Shown in pieces: positions 34,854-44,732 of a DNA stretch of 64,000 nt; position 1 is the first letter of the stretch, and every line of letters begins with the position of its first letter. The DNA is from Thermoplasmatota archaeon. GTDB lineage: Archaea; Thermoplasmatota; Penumbrarchaeia; Penumbrarchaeales; Penumbrarchaeaceae. The stretch covers positions 1 to 64,000 of the forward strand of contig JARVGK010000007.1 of the NCBI GenBank assembly GCA_029762535.1, written 5' to 3'. A program made the translations under genes and the position numbers. The notes beneath the pieces are model-generated. The model did no database searches, had not been told where the DNA came from, and was given only the letters and a program-made list of their open reading frames with translations.

Positions 34854-37595
34854 ATGAGCGATACAGAGAGAGACCTGACGCCCTTGATGAAGCAGTACAT
34901 GAGGATCAAGGAGAAGCACAAGGATGCCATCCTTCTTTACAGGATGGGGGACTTCTACGAGATGTTCTTCGAGGACGCAGAGATCGGATCGAGGGCCCTC
35001 GACATCACCCTGACCGCGAGGGACAAGGGACCTTACGGGGGCAAGATCCCCCTGGCCGGGATCCCCTACCACGCGCTGGACGCATACCTTCCACGCCTGG
35101 TGAGGCAGGGCCACAAGGTCGTGATCGTGGAGCAGACCGAGGACCCGAAAAAGGCAAAGGGGATCGTGAAAAGGGACGTGGTCCAGATCGTGACGCCCGG
35201 GACCATGGTCCTGCCGGAGAAGCAGCAGGAGAAGGGGAACACCTTCCTCTCCGCCCTGATGTGGAGGCCGCATGAAGGCGTGGGATCGGAGGACGTCGTT
35301 GCGGAGGACAGGGGACTGAGCCAGGAGAAGGTCGTCATTCCACCCGCCGATTACGGGCTCGCGCACATCGACGTCTCCACAGGCGATTTCTCAGCAACGG
35401 AGATAACAGGGGACGGGGCCTTCTCGAGGACGGTCTCCGAGCTCCTCAACTACGGCTCCGTGGAGGTCATAATACCCGATTCCATGTCCAAAAGGGAGGG
35501 GGTCGTCAAGGAGTTGAGGACCCAGCTGGGGGAAGGCGCCGTGGTGACGTCCTTCCCCGACCACAACTTCATGAGGAGCTTCTGCGAGGATATGCTGAGA
35601 AGCCAGCTCTCAGTGGTGAGCCTCGAGGGGTTCGGCCTCTGCGAGAGGGAATTGGCCGTCGGGTGCGCAGGGGCCGTCCTTGCCTACGCCCGTGAGAACC
35701 AGATGTGCGATCTGGGCCATATAGGGTCGATCAGGTACAGGGGCGGTTCGGAGGGCATGGTCCTTGACTCGACCACGATCCGCAACCTTGAGGTGCTGAA
35801 GAACTCCAGGGACCACAGCTTAAGGGGAACGCTCCTTGAGCTTTTGGACCAGACCAGGACCGCGATGGGTTCCAGAGCGATGAGGTCATGGATGCAGCAC
35901 CCACTGACCGATGTGGAGAGGATCGAGGAGAGGCTGGACGCCGTTTCCGTCCTTTCAAGGGACCTATTCCTGCGCTCCGATATCAAGGATGCCCTCGGGA
36001 AGGTGTCCGATCTCGATCGGATACTCATGAGGCTCAGCACGGGAAGGGGCTGCGCCAGGGACCTTATATCGCTCAAGGGCAGCCTGGAGGGCATAACCGA
36101 ACTGAAACGACACCTGGACCAGGATGCTGTGAAGGGTTCAGCGCTCCTTGCGGGGCTCGGTGTGGAGCTTGACCCATTGGAGGATATCGTATCCCTCATC
36201 GATATTGCGATAAAGGAGGACCCCCCGCTTTCGATAAAAGACGGGGGAATGATCAAACAGGGTTACTCCCCCGAGCTCGATGAGGTCAGCCGCTCCGCCT
36301 CGGGAGCCAGGGAATGGCTCAAGAGCTTCGAGGATTCCGAGAGGAACAGGACCGGTATAAGGTCCCTCAAGGTCAAGTTCAACAACGTCTTCGGGTACTT
36401 CATAGAGGTGACAAAAGCCAACCTCGAACTCGTTCCGCCGGAGTATACGAGAAAACAGACGATAAGCAACGGCGAGAGGTTCATAACACCCGATCTCAAG
36501 GAGAAGGAGTCGCTCATCCTAAACGCCGACGAGAGGATCGCCGAGATAGAGAGGGGGATCTTCGAGGAGGTGGTCGGGACCGTACTCGAAAGCTCGAGCG
36601 GCATACAGAAGAACGCCAGGGCCGCATCGGCACTGGACGTCATAAACGCCCTCTCGGACATTTCCCAGCGGAAGAACTACGTCAGGCCCGCCATCACCGA
36701 AGGGAAGGGCATCAGGATAGAGGGCGGGCGGCATCCCGTCATAGAGGACCGGGTGCCGTGGGGTTTCGTCCCCAACGATGCGGTTCTCTCCCCCCAGGAC
36801 GGCCATCTGATGATACTGACCGGTCCCAACATGGCCGGCAAGTCCACTTACATGAGGCAGGTGGCCCTCATCGCGATCATGGCCCAGATGGGATGCTACG
36901 TCCCGGCGAGATCGGCCACCATCGGCGTCATCGACCGCATCTTCACAAGGGTCGGGGCATCGGACGACCTGTCCAGGGGGCAGTCCACCTTCATGGTGGA
37001 GATGCTGGAGCTCGCCGGGATCCTCAACGGGGCCACGGAAAGGTCCCTTATACTCCTGGACGAGATAGGGCGGGGCACATCGACCTACGACGGCATGGCT
37101 CTCGCATGGGCCGTTGTGGAGCATCTCGCCAGCCCGGAAGGACAAAAGGCCCTCACCCTCTTCGCCACTCATTACCATCAGCTGACATCGCTAGAGGGCC
37201 AGCTGGAGGGGGTCATCAACTATCAGATGTCCGTGGCGGAGGACGAGAGGGGCATAACCTTCCTCAGGAAGGTGGCCAGGGGTGCGGCTTCCAGATCCTA
37301 CGGGATCGACGTCGCGAAGCTTGCAGGCGTGCCGCCTTCGATAGTCGAGAGGGCGCGAGAGGTCCTCTCCGGATTGGAATCGGAGGATACAGGGGTGACG
37401 CCCATCATGGTTCCAAGTATGACAAGGACCCCGACAAGGTCCGTTCAAATGGTGCTGTTCCCCACTGAGGAGATGGCAGGACCGCCCAGGTCCGATCCCG
37501 TCAAGGATGAGATCGAGAGGCTGGACCCGAACAACATGACGCCGCTTGAGGCTCTCGAGGCCATCTACCGCCTCAGGAAGAAGCTGTCGGAATGA
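34854..37595 (+). CDS. mutS: DNA mismatch repair protein MutS (MutS1)
   Basis: TPLMKQY, GDFYEMF, TGPNMAGKSTY, STFMVEM, DEIGRGT, FATHYH, SYGIDVA. Start moved to ATG 34854. Confidence 0.97.
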   Translation: MSDTERDLTPLMKQYMRIKEKHKDAILLYRMGDFYEMFFEDAEIGSRALDITLTARDKGPYGGKIPLAGIPYHALDAYLPRLVRQGHKVVIVEQTEDPKKAKGIVKRDVVQIVTPGTMVLPEKQQEKGNTFLSALMWRPHEGVGSEDVVAEDRGLSQEKVVIPPADYGLAHIDVSTGDFSATEITGDGAFSRTVSELLNYGSVEVIIPDSMSKREGVVKELRTQLGEGAVVTSFPDHNFMRSFCEDMLRSQLSVVSLEGFGLCERELAVGCAGAVLAYARENQMCDLGHIGSIRYRGGSEGMVLDSTTIRNLEVLKNSRDHSLRGTLLELLDQTRTAMGSRAMRSWMQHPLTDVERIEERLDAVSVLSRDLFLRSDIKDALGKVSDLDRILMRLSTGRGCARDLISLKGSLEGITELKRHLDQDAVKGSALLAGLGVELDPLEDIVSLIDIAIKEDPPLSIKDGGMIKQGYSPELDEVSRSASGAREWLKSFEDSERNRTGIRSLKVKFNNVFGYFIEVTKANLELVPPEYTRKQTISNGERFITPDLKEKESLILNADERIAEIERGIFEEVVGTVLESSSGIQKNARAASALDVINALSDISQRKNYVRPAITEGKGIRIEGGRHPVIEDRVPWGFVPNDAVLSPQDGHLMILTGPNMAGKSTYMRQVALIAIMAQMGCYVPARSATIGVIDRIFTRVGASDDLSRGQSTFMVEMLELAGILNGATERSLILLDEIGRGTSTYDGMALAWAVVEHLASPEGQKALTLFATHYHQLTSLEGQLEGVINYQMSVAEDERGITFLRKVARGAASRSYGIDVAKLAGVPPSIVERAREVLSGLESEDTGVTPIMVPSMTRTPTRSVQMVLFPTEEMAGPPRSDPVKDEIERLDPNNMTPLEALEAIYRLRKKLSE

Positions 37596-37643
37596 GGGAG
37601 TATATTTTTAAGACAGCGGCATTTACCCGATGAAAGGTGAATT

Positions 37644-39068
37644 ATGATGAAGGTGACCCTCGCCGGGGCGACACTTGACCGAAGGTTCTGGAAGGACGAT
37701 CCCGCCGCCACTCCCGAGACCATATCCGCGGCCTATGCCAGGATATCCCACAGCCCGAAGACGATAGATAAGCTCAGGGACGAGGCCGTGGAGCATGTGG
37801 AATCCGCCAGGAGGTCAAACGAGACCATCGTTTACAAAATGGGGCACTCCTCCATCGCGGAGCATGCCGTGTTCAATATCGATCTCGAGGACTGCTCGAG
37901 GCTATTGGTCGAGTTCGTCGAGAGGCATCGCCTGGCCTCCTTCACGGAGAGGTCGCAGCGATACGTGTTCTTCGGAGACAAGGCCCCGATACAGCCTCCG
38001 GAGATGAGGGGGTCCGAGCTTGGAAAGATGCTGTCAGAGCTCGACGCCGATAGGTTCGAGATGTACAATCACCTTATCGGAAGGGAGGGCCTTAGATCCA
38101 AATACGGGGACTCGCTGCTGGAGGAGGCCAGGTATATCCTGGGCCTGACATGCCCCACGGACATCGGCATGACCGTTAACGCGAGGGAGTTGGAGCACAT
38201 CTTGGCCAGGGCCTCGGTCCACCCACTGTCCGAAGTAAGGGAACTGTCCGGTCTCCTCAGGGACGCGGCCGGATCCTTGGCCCCCTCCCTGATCAAATAT
38301 ACCGATGAGAGACCCTTCCGAAAGGAGGCCGCAGAGGGCATGCTCAAGGCCATTGGAAGGTTCATGGGGGAGGGAAAGGGATCCCGGGAGGAGACAGGGT
38401 CCCTTGGTTCGGGGAAGGTCTGCTCCGAGCTGCCCTCGATGTCGGATGACCCGGAATCCGAGGTGATCGCAGCCCTCATCTTCGAGCTGACGGAGTTGGA
38501 CCTACCTACCTGCAGGTCCATCGCCAGGGACCTTGACGACGATGATATGAGGGAGTTCCTCCTGCCGATCTTCGAAGGTTATCCGGTCCATGCCTCCCTG
38601 CCGCGCGCATTCGAGATGATGGACCTCGTCTTCGACCTGGAGATCAGCGCCTCGGCCTTCGCCCAGCTCAAGAGGCACCGGATGGCGACGTTGATAACCC
38701 AGCGCTATTCCCCACGGTCCTGGGAGACCCCGAGGATAATGCTCGAGGATCCAGACATCGCCGCCAGGTACGTGGACCTGATGAAGAGAGGGGCCGAACT
38801 GCACGACAGGGTAAAAGAGAGGTTCGGCCCCGACGTTGCCCAGTACTGCCTTTGCAACGCGGACAGGCGGAGGGCCGTCCTGAAGATGAACATGAGGGAG
38901 CTCTACCATTTCGTTAGGCTCAGGTCCGACGTCCATGCGCAGTCGGAGATCAGGAGGATATCGGATGGGATCTCCAAGGTCATGGTCGAGCGCTACCCCG
39001 TTATATCCTCCATGCTCTGCGGGAAGGACGGGTTCGATGATGCGAGGTTCTGCTTCCTCGGGAAATGA
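37644..39068 (+). CDS. thyX: FAD-dependent thymidylate synthase with tandem ThyX domains
   Basis: GHSSIAEH and RHRLASFTERSQRY in domain 1; second domain RHRMATLITQ..NMRELYHFVRLR..HAQSEIR. Confidence 0.9.
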   Translation: MMKVTLAGATLDRRFWKDDPAATPETISAAYARISHSPKTIDKLRDEAVEHVESARRSNETIVYKMGHSSIAEHAVFNIDLEDCSRLLVEFVERHRLASFTERSQRYVFFGDKAPIQPPEMRGSELGKMLSELDADRFEMYNHLIGREGLRSKYGDSLLEEARYILGLTCPTDIGMTVNARELEHILARASVHPLSEVRELSGLLRDAAGSLAPSLIKYTDERPFRKEAAEGMLKAIGRFMGEGKGSREETGSLGSGKVCSELPSMSDDPESEVIAALIFELTELDLPTCRSIARDLDDDDMREFLLPIFEGYPVHASLPRAFEMMDLVFDLEISASAFAQLKRHRMATLITQRYSPRSWETPRIMLEDPDIAARYVDLMKRGAELHDRVKERFGPDVAQYCLCNADRRRAVLKMNMRELYHFVRLRSDVHAQSEIRRISDGISKVMVERYPVISSMLCGKDGFDDARFCFLGK

Positions 39069-39122
39069 CGGCAAAACGGTATATAATCCGGTTGAGGATA
39101 TACCCCCGGTGATAGCTTGAAG

Positions 39123-39299
39123 ATGGCCTCCAACTGCCACATCTGCCAGAGGCCCGCATTCCAGAACTGCCTGCTTTGCGGTCTGCCAACTTGCAGGGAA
39201 CACCTCGACGAGAGGGGGTTCGCCTGCAGCAAATGCGTCCCCGGGGCGAAGAGATCCAGGGCCTCCAGAGGGCCAGGCGATCCCGGGGGAGTGGTCTGA
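39123..39299 (+). CDS. Small Cys/His-rich zinc-finger protein
   Basis: CHIC..CLLCG..CREH..CSKC; GGTGA and TATA-like sequence upstream. Confidence 0.7.
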   Translation: MASNCHICQRPAFQNCLLCGLPTCREHLDERGFACSKCVPGAKRSRASRGPGDPGGVV

Positions 39300-39325
39300 T
39301 ATCCTTCTCCATATCCCTCGAGGGG

Positions 39326-40468
39326 ATGATGCCGCTTGACATCGATATGATAGCCGAGGCTCTGGATTCGGTCTATAGAAGGGAACCCCCGCCCTTTTCC
39401 ACCTATGTCGCCCCTCTCGTTGATATCGAGGCCGCCGCCTCACTGATGGATGGGATCGATGACCTGCTGGTGATCGGCAACGGGGGCAGCGTCACATCTC
39501 TCAAGGGGTTGAGATGGCTTGCCCCCGAATGGGAGGGGCGGCTTCATATCCTCGACACCGTGGACCCATCGCACCTAAAGAGGGTGAAAGAGCGCATAGA
39601 AGGACGCAGCGCGCACGTTCTGGCCGTATCGAAGTCCGGCAGGAACATGAACGTGCTCGAGAACCTCTCCTTGTTCAAAGGGGTGCCGACCACGGTCGTT
39701 ACGGCCCGTAGGAGGAGCCCTCTTGGAGCGATGGCAAAGGGAAGAGGCTGGGACATCGTCGAGATCCCGGACGATGTGGGAGGGCGGTTCTCGGCGGGGA
39801 CGGCCTCGGCGCTATTGCCCGCCTCCGTGATGGGGATCGACGTGCGGTCGGTGTCCTCGGGGTTGCTGGAAGCATACGAGAAGGGGATGAAGGACAGGGA
39901 TGTCCTGGACCTGTGCGGCGCCATGTACCTCAAAGAGAGGATAGGGATGCGGACCCTTTTCATCCCGGTATATTCCAGGGCGTATTCGGGCTTCAACGAT
40001 CTGGTGACCCAGCTGATGCACGAGACCCTCTGCAAGGACAGGAAGGGGCTGACGGCCCTGTGTTACGAAGGACCGGAGGTCCAGCACCACACGAACCAGA
40101 GGGTTCTCGACGGCCCGGAGGACGTCATGTCCCTTTTCGTGACCGTTAAGGGATCGGAAGGCCCCCTGATAACATGGGACGATGATGTGATGATCGGGGA
40201 TCGGGGGCTGGACGAGATCGGAGGCTATTCCCTGGGATCCGCCATGAGATGTGAATATGAGGGCGTCATGGGACATATGAAGGAATTGCGAATGCCCTTC
40301 GCCCGGATCGAGATGGAGGAGGAGAGCCCAAAAGCCCTCGGTAATTACATCGGTCTTTGGCACTACATCGCATATTACTCGGCACTGCTTCGGAACGTGA
40401 ACCCCTTCGACCAGCCGGCCGTGGAGAAGGCCAAGGAGATCGGGATGGGGTTGCGGCTAGGTGGATGA
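39326..40468 (+). CDS. pgi: Glucose-6-phosphate isomerase (SIS fold)
   Basis: IGNGGS, SKSG, VGGRFS, QLMHETLCK, NPFDQPAVEKAK. Start moved to ATG 39326. Confidence 0.82.
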   Translation: MMPLDIDMIAEALDSVYRREPPPFSTYVAPLVDIEAAASLMDGIDDLLVIGNGGSVTSLKGLRWLAPEWEGRLHILDTVDPSHLKRVKERIEGRSAHVLAVSKSGRNMNVLENLSLFKGVPTTVVTARRRSPLGAMAKGRGWDIVEIPDDVGGRFSAGTASALLPASVMGIDVRSVSSGLLEAYEKGMKDRDVLDLCGAMYLKERIGMRTLFIPVYSRAYSGFNDLVTQLMHETLCKDRKGLTALCYEGPEVQHHTNQRVLDGPEDVMSLFVTVKGSEGPLITWDDDVMIGDRGLDEIGGYSLGSAMRCEYEGVMGHMKELRMPFARIEMEEESPKALGNYIGLWHYIAYYSALLRNVNPFDQPAVEKAKEIGMGLRLGG

Positions 40469-40571
40469 GGGGCATTCCTCTCGAAATATTCCCCCTGTCG
40501 TTAATAATTTCGGTCCCCTCCCCGGGTGGAGGTTTTATCCGCACAGAAGGATGGGTGGACCCGGTGATGAA

Positions 40572-40685
40572 ATGTACATCGGTCCCTCGGTCTGTCCATC
40601 CTGCGGCGAGAGAACGCTCGCCATGATGGGACCCTGCCCGTTCTGCTTCAACCCCCACTGCGATCTCAAGGGATGCTCTTTCTGA
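40572..40685 (+). CDS. 37-aa zinc-ribbon microprotein
   Basis: MYIGPSVCPSCGERTLAMMGPCPFCFNPHCDLKGCSF, preceded by a GGTGA RBS. Confidence 0.6.
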   Translation: MYIGPSVCPSCGERTLAMMGPCPFCFNPHCDLKGCSF

Positions 40686-40759
40686 TGCGTTTGGTCCTCG
40701 TTAAGGAAAATTAAATGAGCCAACAAACCCCTATACCTCCCTGAAAAGGTGATCTCGCA

Positions 40760-41311
40760 ATGACGATGAACAATAGAACAGGGATGGCGGCCGCCCTGTC
40801 AGTGATCATGCTCGTCCTCGTCTGCGGATGCCTCGGAGGGGGTGGGGGGGAGGAGAAGGATGAGATCCCATCCACCTATCCCGGCGAGTTCGAGACCGAG
40901 GGGTCCGTTCCCCTGACAGCGCAGGCACAGCCCGTGACCCGCACCGAGGAGGTCCATTTCGATATCGTGGAAACGGATATCATGGACATCACCATAACGG
41001 TGAGCGTCGAGGACGGAGATGATGGCACCAACCCGGACCTCGTGGATTCGATAAGGGTCTGGAGGGAGACGGGTGGAGATCCGGAAGAGGTTAAGGAAAT
41101 GGCCGGCGGCAGCACGCCTTACGAGAACAGCGTTAGCTTTACCATGACCGGGAACGAGAACATGACCAACTGGTGGATCGTCGAGCTCACTGTTACATGC
41201 CATGCGGGGGAAGACACATGGCCGGGGCCTATCATCTGGAGAGGGGTGCCGGATACAGGTTTCAGCTATCACATTCACGCATCTTTCAACGCATACAACA
41301 AGACCGCCTGA
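40760..41311 (+). CDS. Putative lipoprotein, uncharacterised beta-sandwich
   Basis: Archaeal lipobox LVCGCLGG after a hydrophobic stretch. Confidence 0.75.
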   Translation: MTMNNRTGMAAALSVIMLVLVCGCLGGGGGEEKDEIPSTYPGEFETEGSVPLTAQAQPVTRTEEVHFDIVETDIMDITITVSVEDGDDGTNPDLVDSIRVWRETGGDPEEVKEMAGGSTPYENSVSFTMTGNENMTNWWIVELTVTCHAGEDTWPGPIIWRGVPDTGFSYHIHASFNAYNKTA

Positions 41312-41425
41312 TGAACGGTCCGACACTACGAACCTTCCATCCATGCAGTGAACCGTTCGAGTAAGTTTTAATAAGGGCGGTCATTTAGGGGGGGCATCCG
41401 TTGTGGCTTATTGGACGGTGCATTC

Positions 41426-43240
41426 ATGGCGAAGATAGGAATAACCGAACTTGTTTTGAGAGATGCTCACCAGTCACTTTTCGCGACCAGGATGAGGACC
41501 GAGGACATGCTTCCCATATTGAAGAAGATGGACCAGGTGGGATACTGGGCAGTTGAGATGTGGGGAGGTGCGACCTTTGACGTCCCCATCAGGTATCTCA
41601 ACCAGGATCCCTGGGACAGGCTGAGGGAGATCAAGAAGGCGATGCCCAATACCAACCTCATGATGCTTCTGAGGGCCCAGAACGTGGTGGCCTACAGGAA
41701 CTTCCCCGATGACATCGTCGAGAACTTCGTAAGGCTCGCCCAAAAGAACGGGATCGACGTGTTCAGGATCTTCGATGCCCTCAACGACCTCAGGAACATG
41801 GAGGTCCCCATCAAGTCCGTCAAAGGTACCGGCGCGCACTGCCAGGCATCGGTCTCGTACACTATCTCCCCCATTCACACGGAAGAATACTTCGTCAAGA
41901 AGATGCTCAAGCTCGAGGAGTGGGGCGCCGATTCCATCTGCATAAAGGACATGGCGGGAATGATCTCGCCCAAGAGGGCGTACGACATCATCGGCGGGTA
42001 CATCGAGGCCGGGGGGAAGTGCCCCATCGACCTCCACGCCCACTCCATATCCGGAATGACCGGCATGGCCTATCAGAGAGCTGCGGAGGCGGGGGTCAGC
42101 GTCGTGGACTGCGACATCTCCCCCTTCGCGGAGGGGACCGGGCACCCAGCGACAGAATCCACTGTATATGCCTTCAAGGGCACCGAGTGGGACACAGGGC
42201 TCGACATGGAGCTCCTCATGGAGATCAGGGAATACTTCAGGACAGTGTTCAACAAGTACAGGCATCTGATCCGGATCGAGGCTCTCAGGCCCGATCCGTC
42301 CATTGTATTGCATCAGATCCCGGGAGGGATGATGTCGAACTTGGTCTCCCAGCTCGAGATGCAGGGGGCAAAGGACAAGCTGGACGCCGTTCTCAAGGAG
42401 GTACCAGTGGTCCGGGAGGAGCTCGGGTTCCCACCGCTGGTCACGCCCACGTCTCAGGTGGTCGGTGTCCAGGCGGTCATGAACGTGCTCTTCGGCAGGT
42501 ACAAGAACATCCCCAGGGAGACGAAGGATTACGTGATGGGGATGTACGGGCAGTCCCCGGGCCCAATAAGAGATGAGATAAAGGAGATCGTGCTAGGTCC
42601 CGAATGGAAGAGCATGATCATCACAGGCAGGCCCGCGGACTCCCTCGAGCCCGAGTTCGAGAAGAGGAAGAAGGAGCTCGAGGAGATGGGCCTTTTGAAG
42701 CAGGAGGAGGACATACTCACATACGCGATCTACCCCCAGATCGGGCTCAAGTTCCTCAAGGGGGAGGCCTCTCCCGAGTTCACTTCTGAAAAACTACCCC
42801 TGCCTCTGGACCACCCACAGACCCGCGCCATGGTGAAGTCGTTCTTCCCAGAGGTAAAGGACATATACCTTTACGAAGAGGAGCCAAAGGGCGGCGGTCC
42901 GGTATCGATACCCACGGAGTTCGATGTCGAGGTCGACGGAGAGATGTTCGAGGTCAAGGTCAGCCCCAAGGGAGGGTTCATGGTCGCCGGAGGGGAAGGC
43001 GGTGCCCCGGCCCCCCCGAAGGACGTCGAGGGCGGTTTCAAGAGCCCGATGCAGGGGAACGTTCTATCGATCAAGGTCAAGGAAGGAGATGCGGTCACCG
43101 AAGGACAGGTTATCATGACGGTCGAGGCCATGAAGATGGAGACCGAGGTCAAGATCGACCGCGCCGGGACCGTCAAACAGATCTTCGTCCAGTCCGGGGC
43201 GACCGTGGCGACCGGCGATCTCCTGATTCAGGTGCTTTGA
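41426..43240 (+). CDS. pycB: Pyruvate carboxylase subunit B (carboxyltransferase plus biotin carrier)
   Basis: LRDAHQSLFATRM, EMWGGATFD, CIKDMAG, HQIPGGMMSN, VTPTSQVVG, EAMKME. Confidence 0.92.
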   Translation: MAKIGITELVLRDAHQSLFATRMRTEDMLPILKKMDQVGYWAVEMWGGATFDVPIRYLNQDPWDRLREIKKAMPNTNLMMLLRAQNVVAYRNFPDDIVENFVRLAQKNGIDVFRIFDALNDLRNMEVPIKSVKGTGAHCQASVSYTISPIHTEEYFVKKMLKLEEWGADSICIKDMAGMISPKRAYDIIGGYIEAGGKCPIDLHAHSISGMTGMAYQRAAEAGVSVVDCDISPFAEGTGHPATESTVYAFKGTEWDTGLDMELLMEIREYFRTVFNKYRHLIRIEALRPDPSIVLHQIPGGMMSNLVSQLEMQGAKDKLDAVLKEVPVVREELGFPPLVTPTSQVVGVQAVMNVLFGRYKNIPRETKDYVMGMYGQSPGPIRDEIKEIVLGPEWKSMIITGRPADSLEPEFEKRKKELEEMGLLKQEEDILTYAIYPQIGLKFLKGEASPEFTSEKLPLPLDHPQTRAMVKSFFPEVKDIYLYEEEPKGGGPVSIPTEFDVEVDGEMFEVKVSPKGGFMVAGGEGGAPAPPKDVEGGFKSPMQGNVLSIKVKEGDAVTEGQVIMTVEAMKMETEVKIDRAGTVKQIFVQSGATVATGDLLIQVL

Positions 43241-43241
43241 G

Positions 43242-44726
43242 GTGATGGGAATGGCTAGGGAAGGCCTGATAAACAAGGTAATGGTCGCGAACCGGGGCGA
43301 GATCGCCCTCAGGGTGATGAGGGCCTGCAAGGAGCTTGGCATATCCACCGTCGCCGTTTACAGCGATGCGGACAAGAACGCCCTCTTCGTCAGGTATGCG
43401 GACGAATCCTACAACATCGGCCCGGGACCCGCCAGGATGAGCTATCTCGATCAGGATAAGCTCATAGATGTGGCATTGAAAGCGAACGTCGAGGGCATAC
43501 ACCCCGGTTACGGCTTCCTGGCGGAGAACACACAATTCTGCAGGAAATGTCATAAGAACGGGATAGAGTTCATAGGGCCCCCTCCGGAGGCGATGGAGCT
43601 CATGGGATCGAAGATAGATTCCAAGAGGTCCATGATCGCGGCCGGTGTCAGCGTCGTCCCCGGCGTCACAGAGGCGATCCCGGACCACGAGAGGGCAAAG
43701 GACATCGCCCATGAGATCGGATACCCGATAATGCTCAAGGCCTCCGCCGGCGGCGGAGGGATCGGGATCAGAATGGTCCCTGACGAGATCGAAATGGAGA
43801 AGGCGTTAGATTCGATAAAGGTCCTGGCCAAGAACTCCTTCGGGGACGACTCGGTTTTCATCGAGAAGTACATCTCCGATCCCAGGCACATAGAATACCA
43901 GGTCCTGGGGGACAAGAACGGACACATGATACACCTGTACGAGAGGGAGTGCTCGGTCCAGAGGAGGCATCAGAAGCTCATCGAAGAGACGCCCTCCATG
44001 GCCTTGACCCCTGAGCTGAGGGAGGAGATCGGCGAGCAGGCGGTGCTGGCGGCCAAGACCGCTGGTTATCACAACGCTGGGACCTGCGAGTTCATGTTCA
44101 AGGACGACCAGTACTTCTTCCTCGAGATGAACACGAGGCTGCAGGTGGAGCATCCGATAACCGAGCAGGTCACCAGGACCGACCTCGCCCGTGAGATGCT
44201 ATATGTCGCATCTGGCCTGGACCTTAGCTATGCCCAGGAGGATATTAAGCAGATAGGTCATTGCATCGAGTTCAGGATCAATGCAGAGGACCCCCTCAAC
44301 CAGTTCGCCCCCTGCCCCGGGAAGATCACCAGGTACGCGGAGCCGAGCGGGATCGGGGTCCGGGTGGATTCCGGGGTCTATCAGGGTTTCACGATACCGC
44401 CGTTCTACGACTCGATGGTGGCGAAGCTTATCGTCTGGGGAGAGGATCGGAACTACTGCATCGAGAGGTCAAAGAGGGCACTGTTCGAGATGCAGGTGGG
44501 CGGCGTCAGAACGAACATCCCCTTCCATGAGGTCGTTCTCGAGCACCCTGCCTTCGTATCCGGAGATTACAACACCTCCTTCATCCCCAGGTACAACATC
44601 ATGGAGCAGGTGGTGGAATACTACAAGCTAAAGAAGATGGGGCAGGGCAACGCGCAGAAGGCGGCCGCTATGGCCGCTGTAGAGGCTGTCATTGTCGCGG
44701 CCGCGCAGTCGAACGTATCGAAATGA
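43242..44726 (+). CDS. pycA: Pyruvate carboxylase subunit A (biotin carboxylase)
   Basis: ANRGEIA, HPGYGFLAEN, ERECSVQRRHQK, EMNTRLQVEH, RINAED, YDSMVAKL; directly follows pycB. Confidence 0.9.
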   Translation: MMGMAREGLINKVMVANRGEIALRVMRACKELGISTVAVYSDADKNALFVRYADESYNIGPGPARMSYLDQDKLIDVALKANVEGIHPGYGFLAENTQFCRKCHKNGIEFIGPPPEAMELMGSKIDSKRSMIAAGVSVVPGVTEAIPDHERAKDIAHEIGYPIMLKASAGGGGIGIRMVPDEIEMEKALDSIKVLAKNSFGDDSVFIEKYISDPRHIEYQVLGDKNGHMIHLYERECSVQRRHQKLIEETPSMALTPELREEIGEQAVLAAKTAGYHNAGTCEFMFKDDQYFFLEMNTRLQVEHPITEQVTRTDLAREMLYVASGLDLSYAQEDIKQIGHCIEFRINAEDPLNQFAPCPGKITRYAEPSGIGVRVDSGVYQGFTIPPFYDSMVAKLIVWGEDRNYCIERSKRALFEMQVGGVRTNIPFHEVVLEHPAFVSGDYNTSFIPRYNIMEQVVEYYKLKKMGQGNAQKAAAMAAVEAVIVAAAQSNVSK

Positions 44727-44732
44727 TCGAGC

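Noticed and set aside
36314-37468. 384-aa alternative-frame ORF within mutS, and many other long overlapping or antisense ORFs (e.g. 24352-25323, 29678-30661, 38502-39443)
   Set aside because: Arg/Gly/Pro-rich shadow frames typical of high-GC3 coding DNA, with no motifs
41426-43240. Na+-pumping oxaloacetate decarboxylase alpha subunit
   Set aside because: The adjacent gene is a biotin carboxylase and no beta/gamma membrane subunits are present, which favours pyruvate carboxylase
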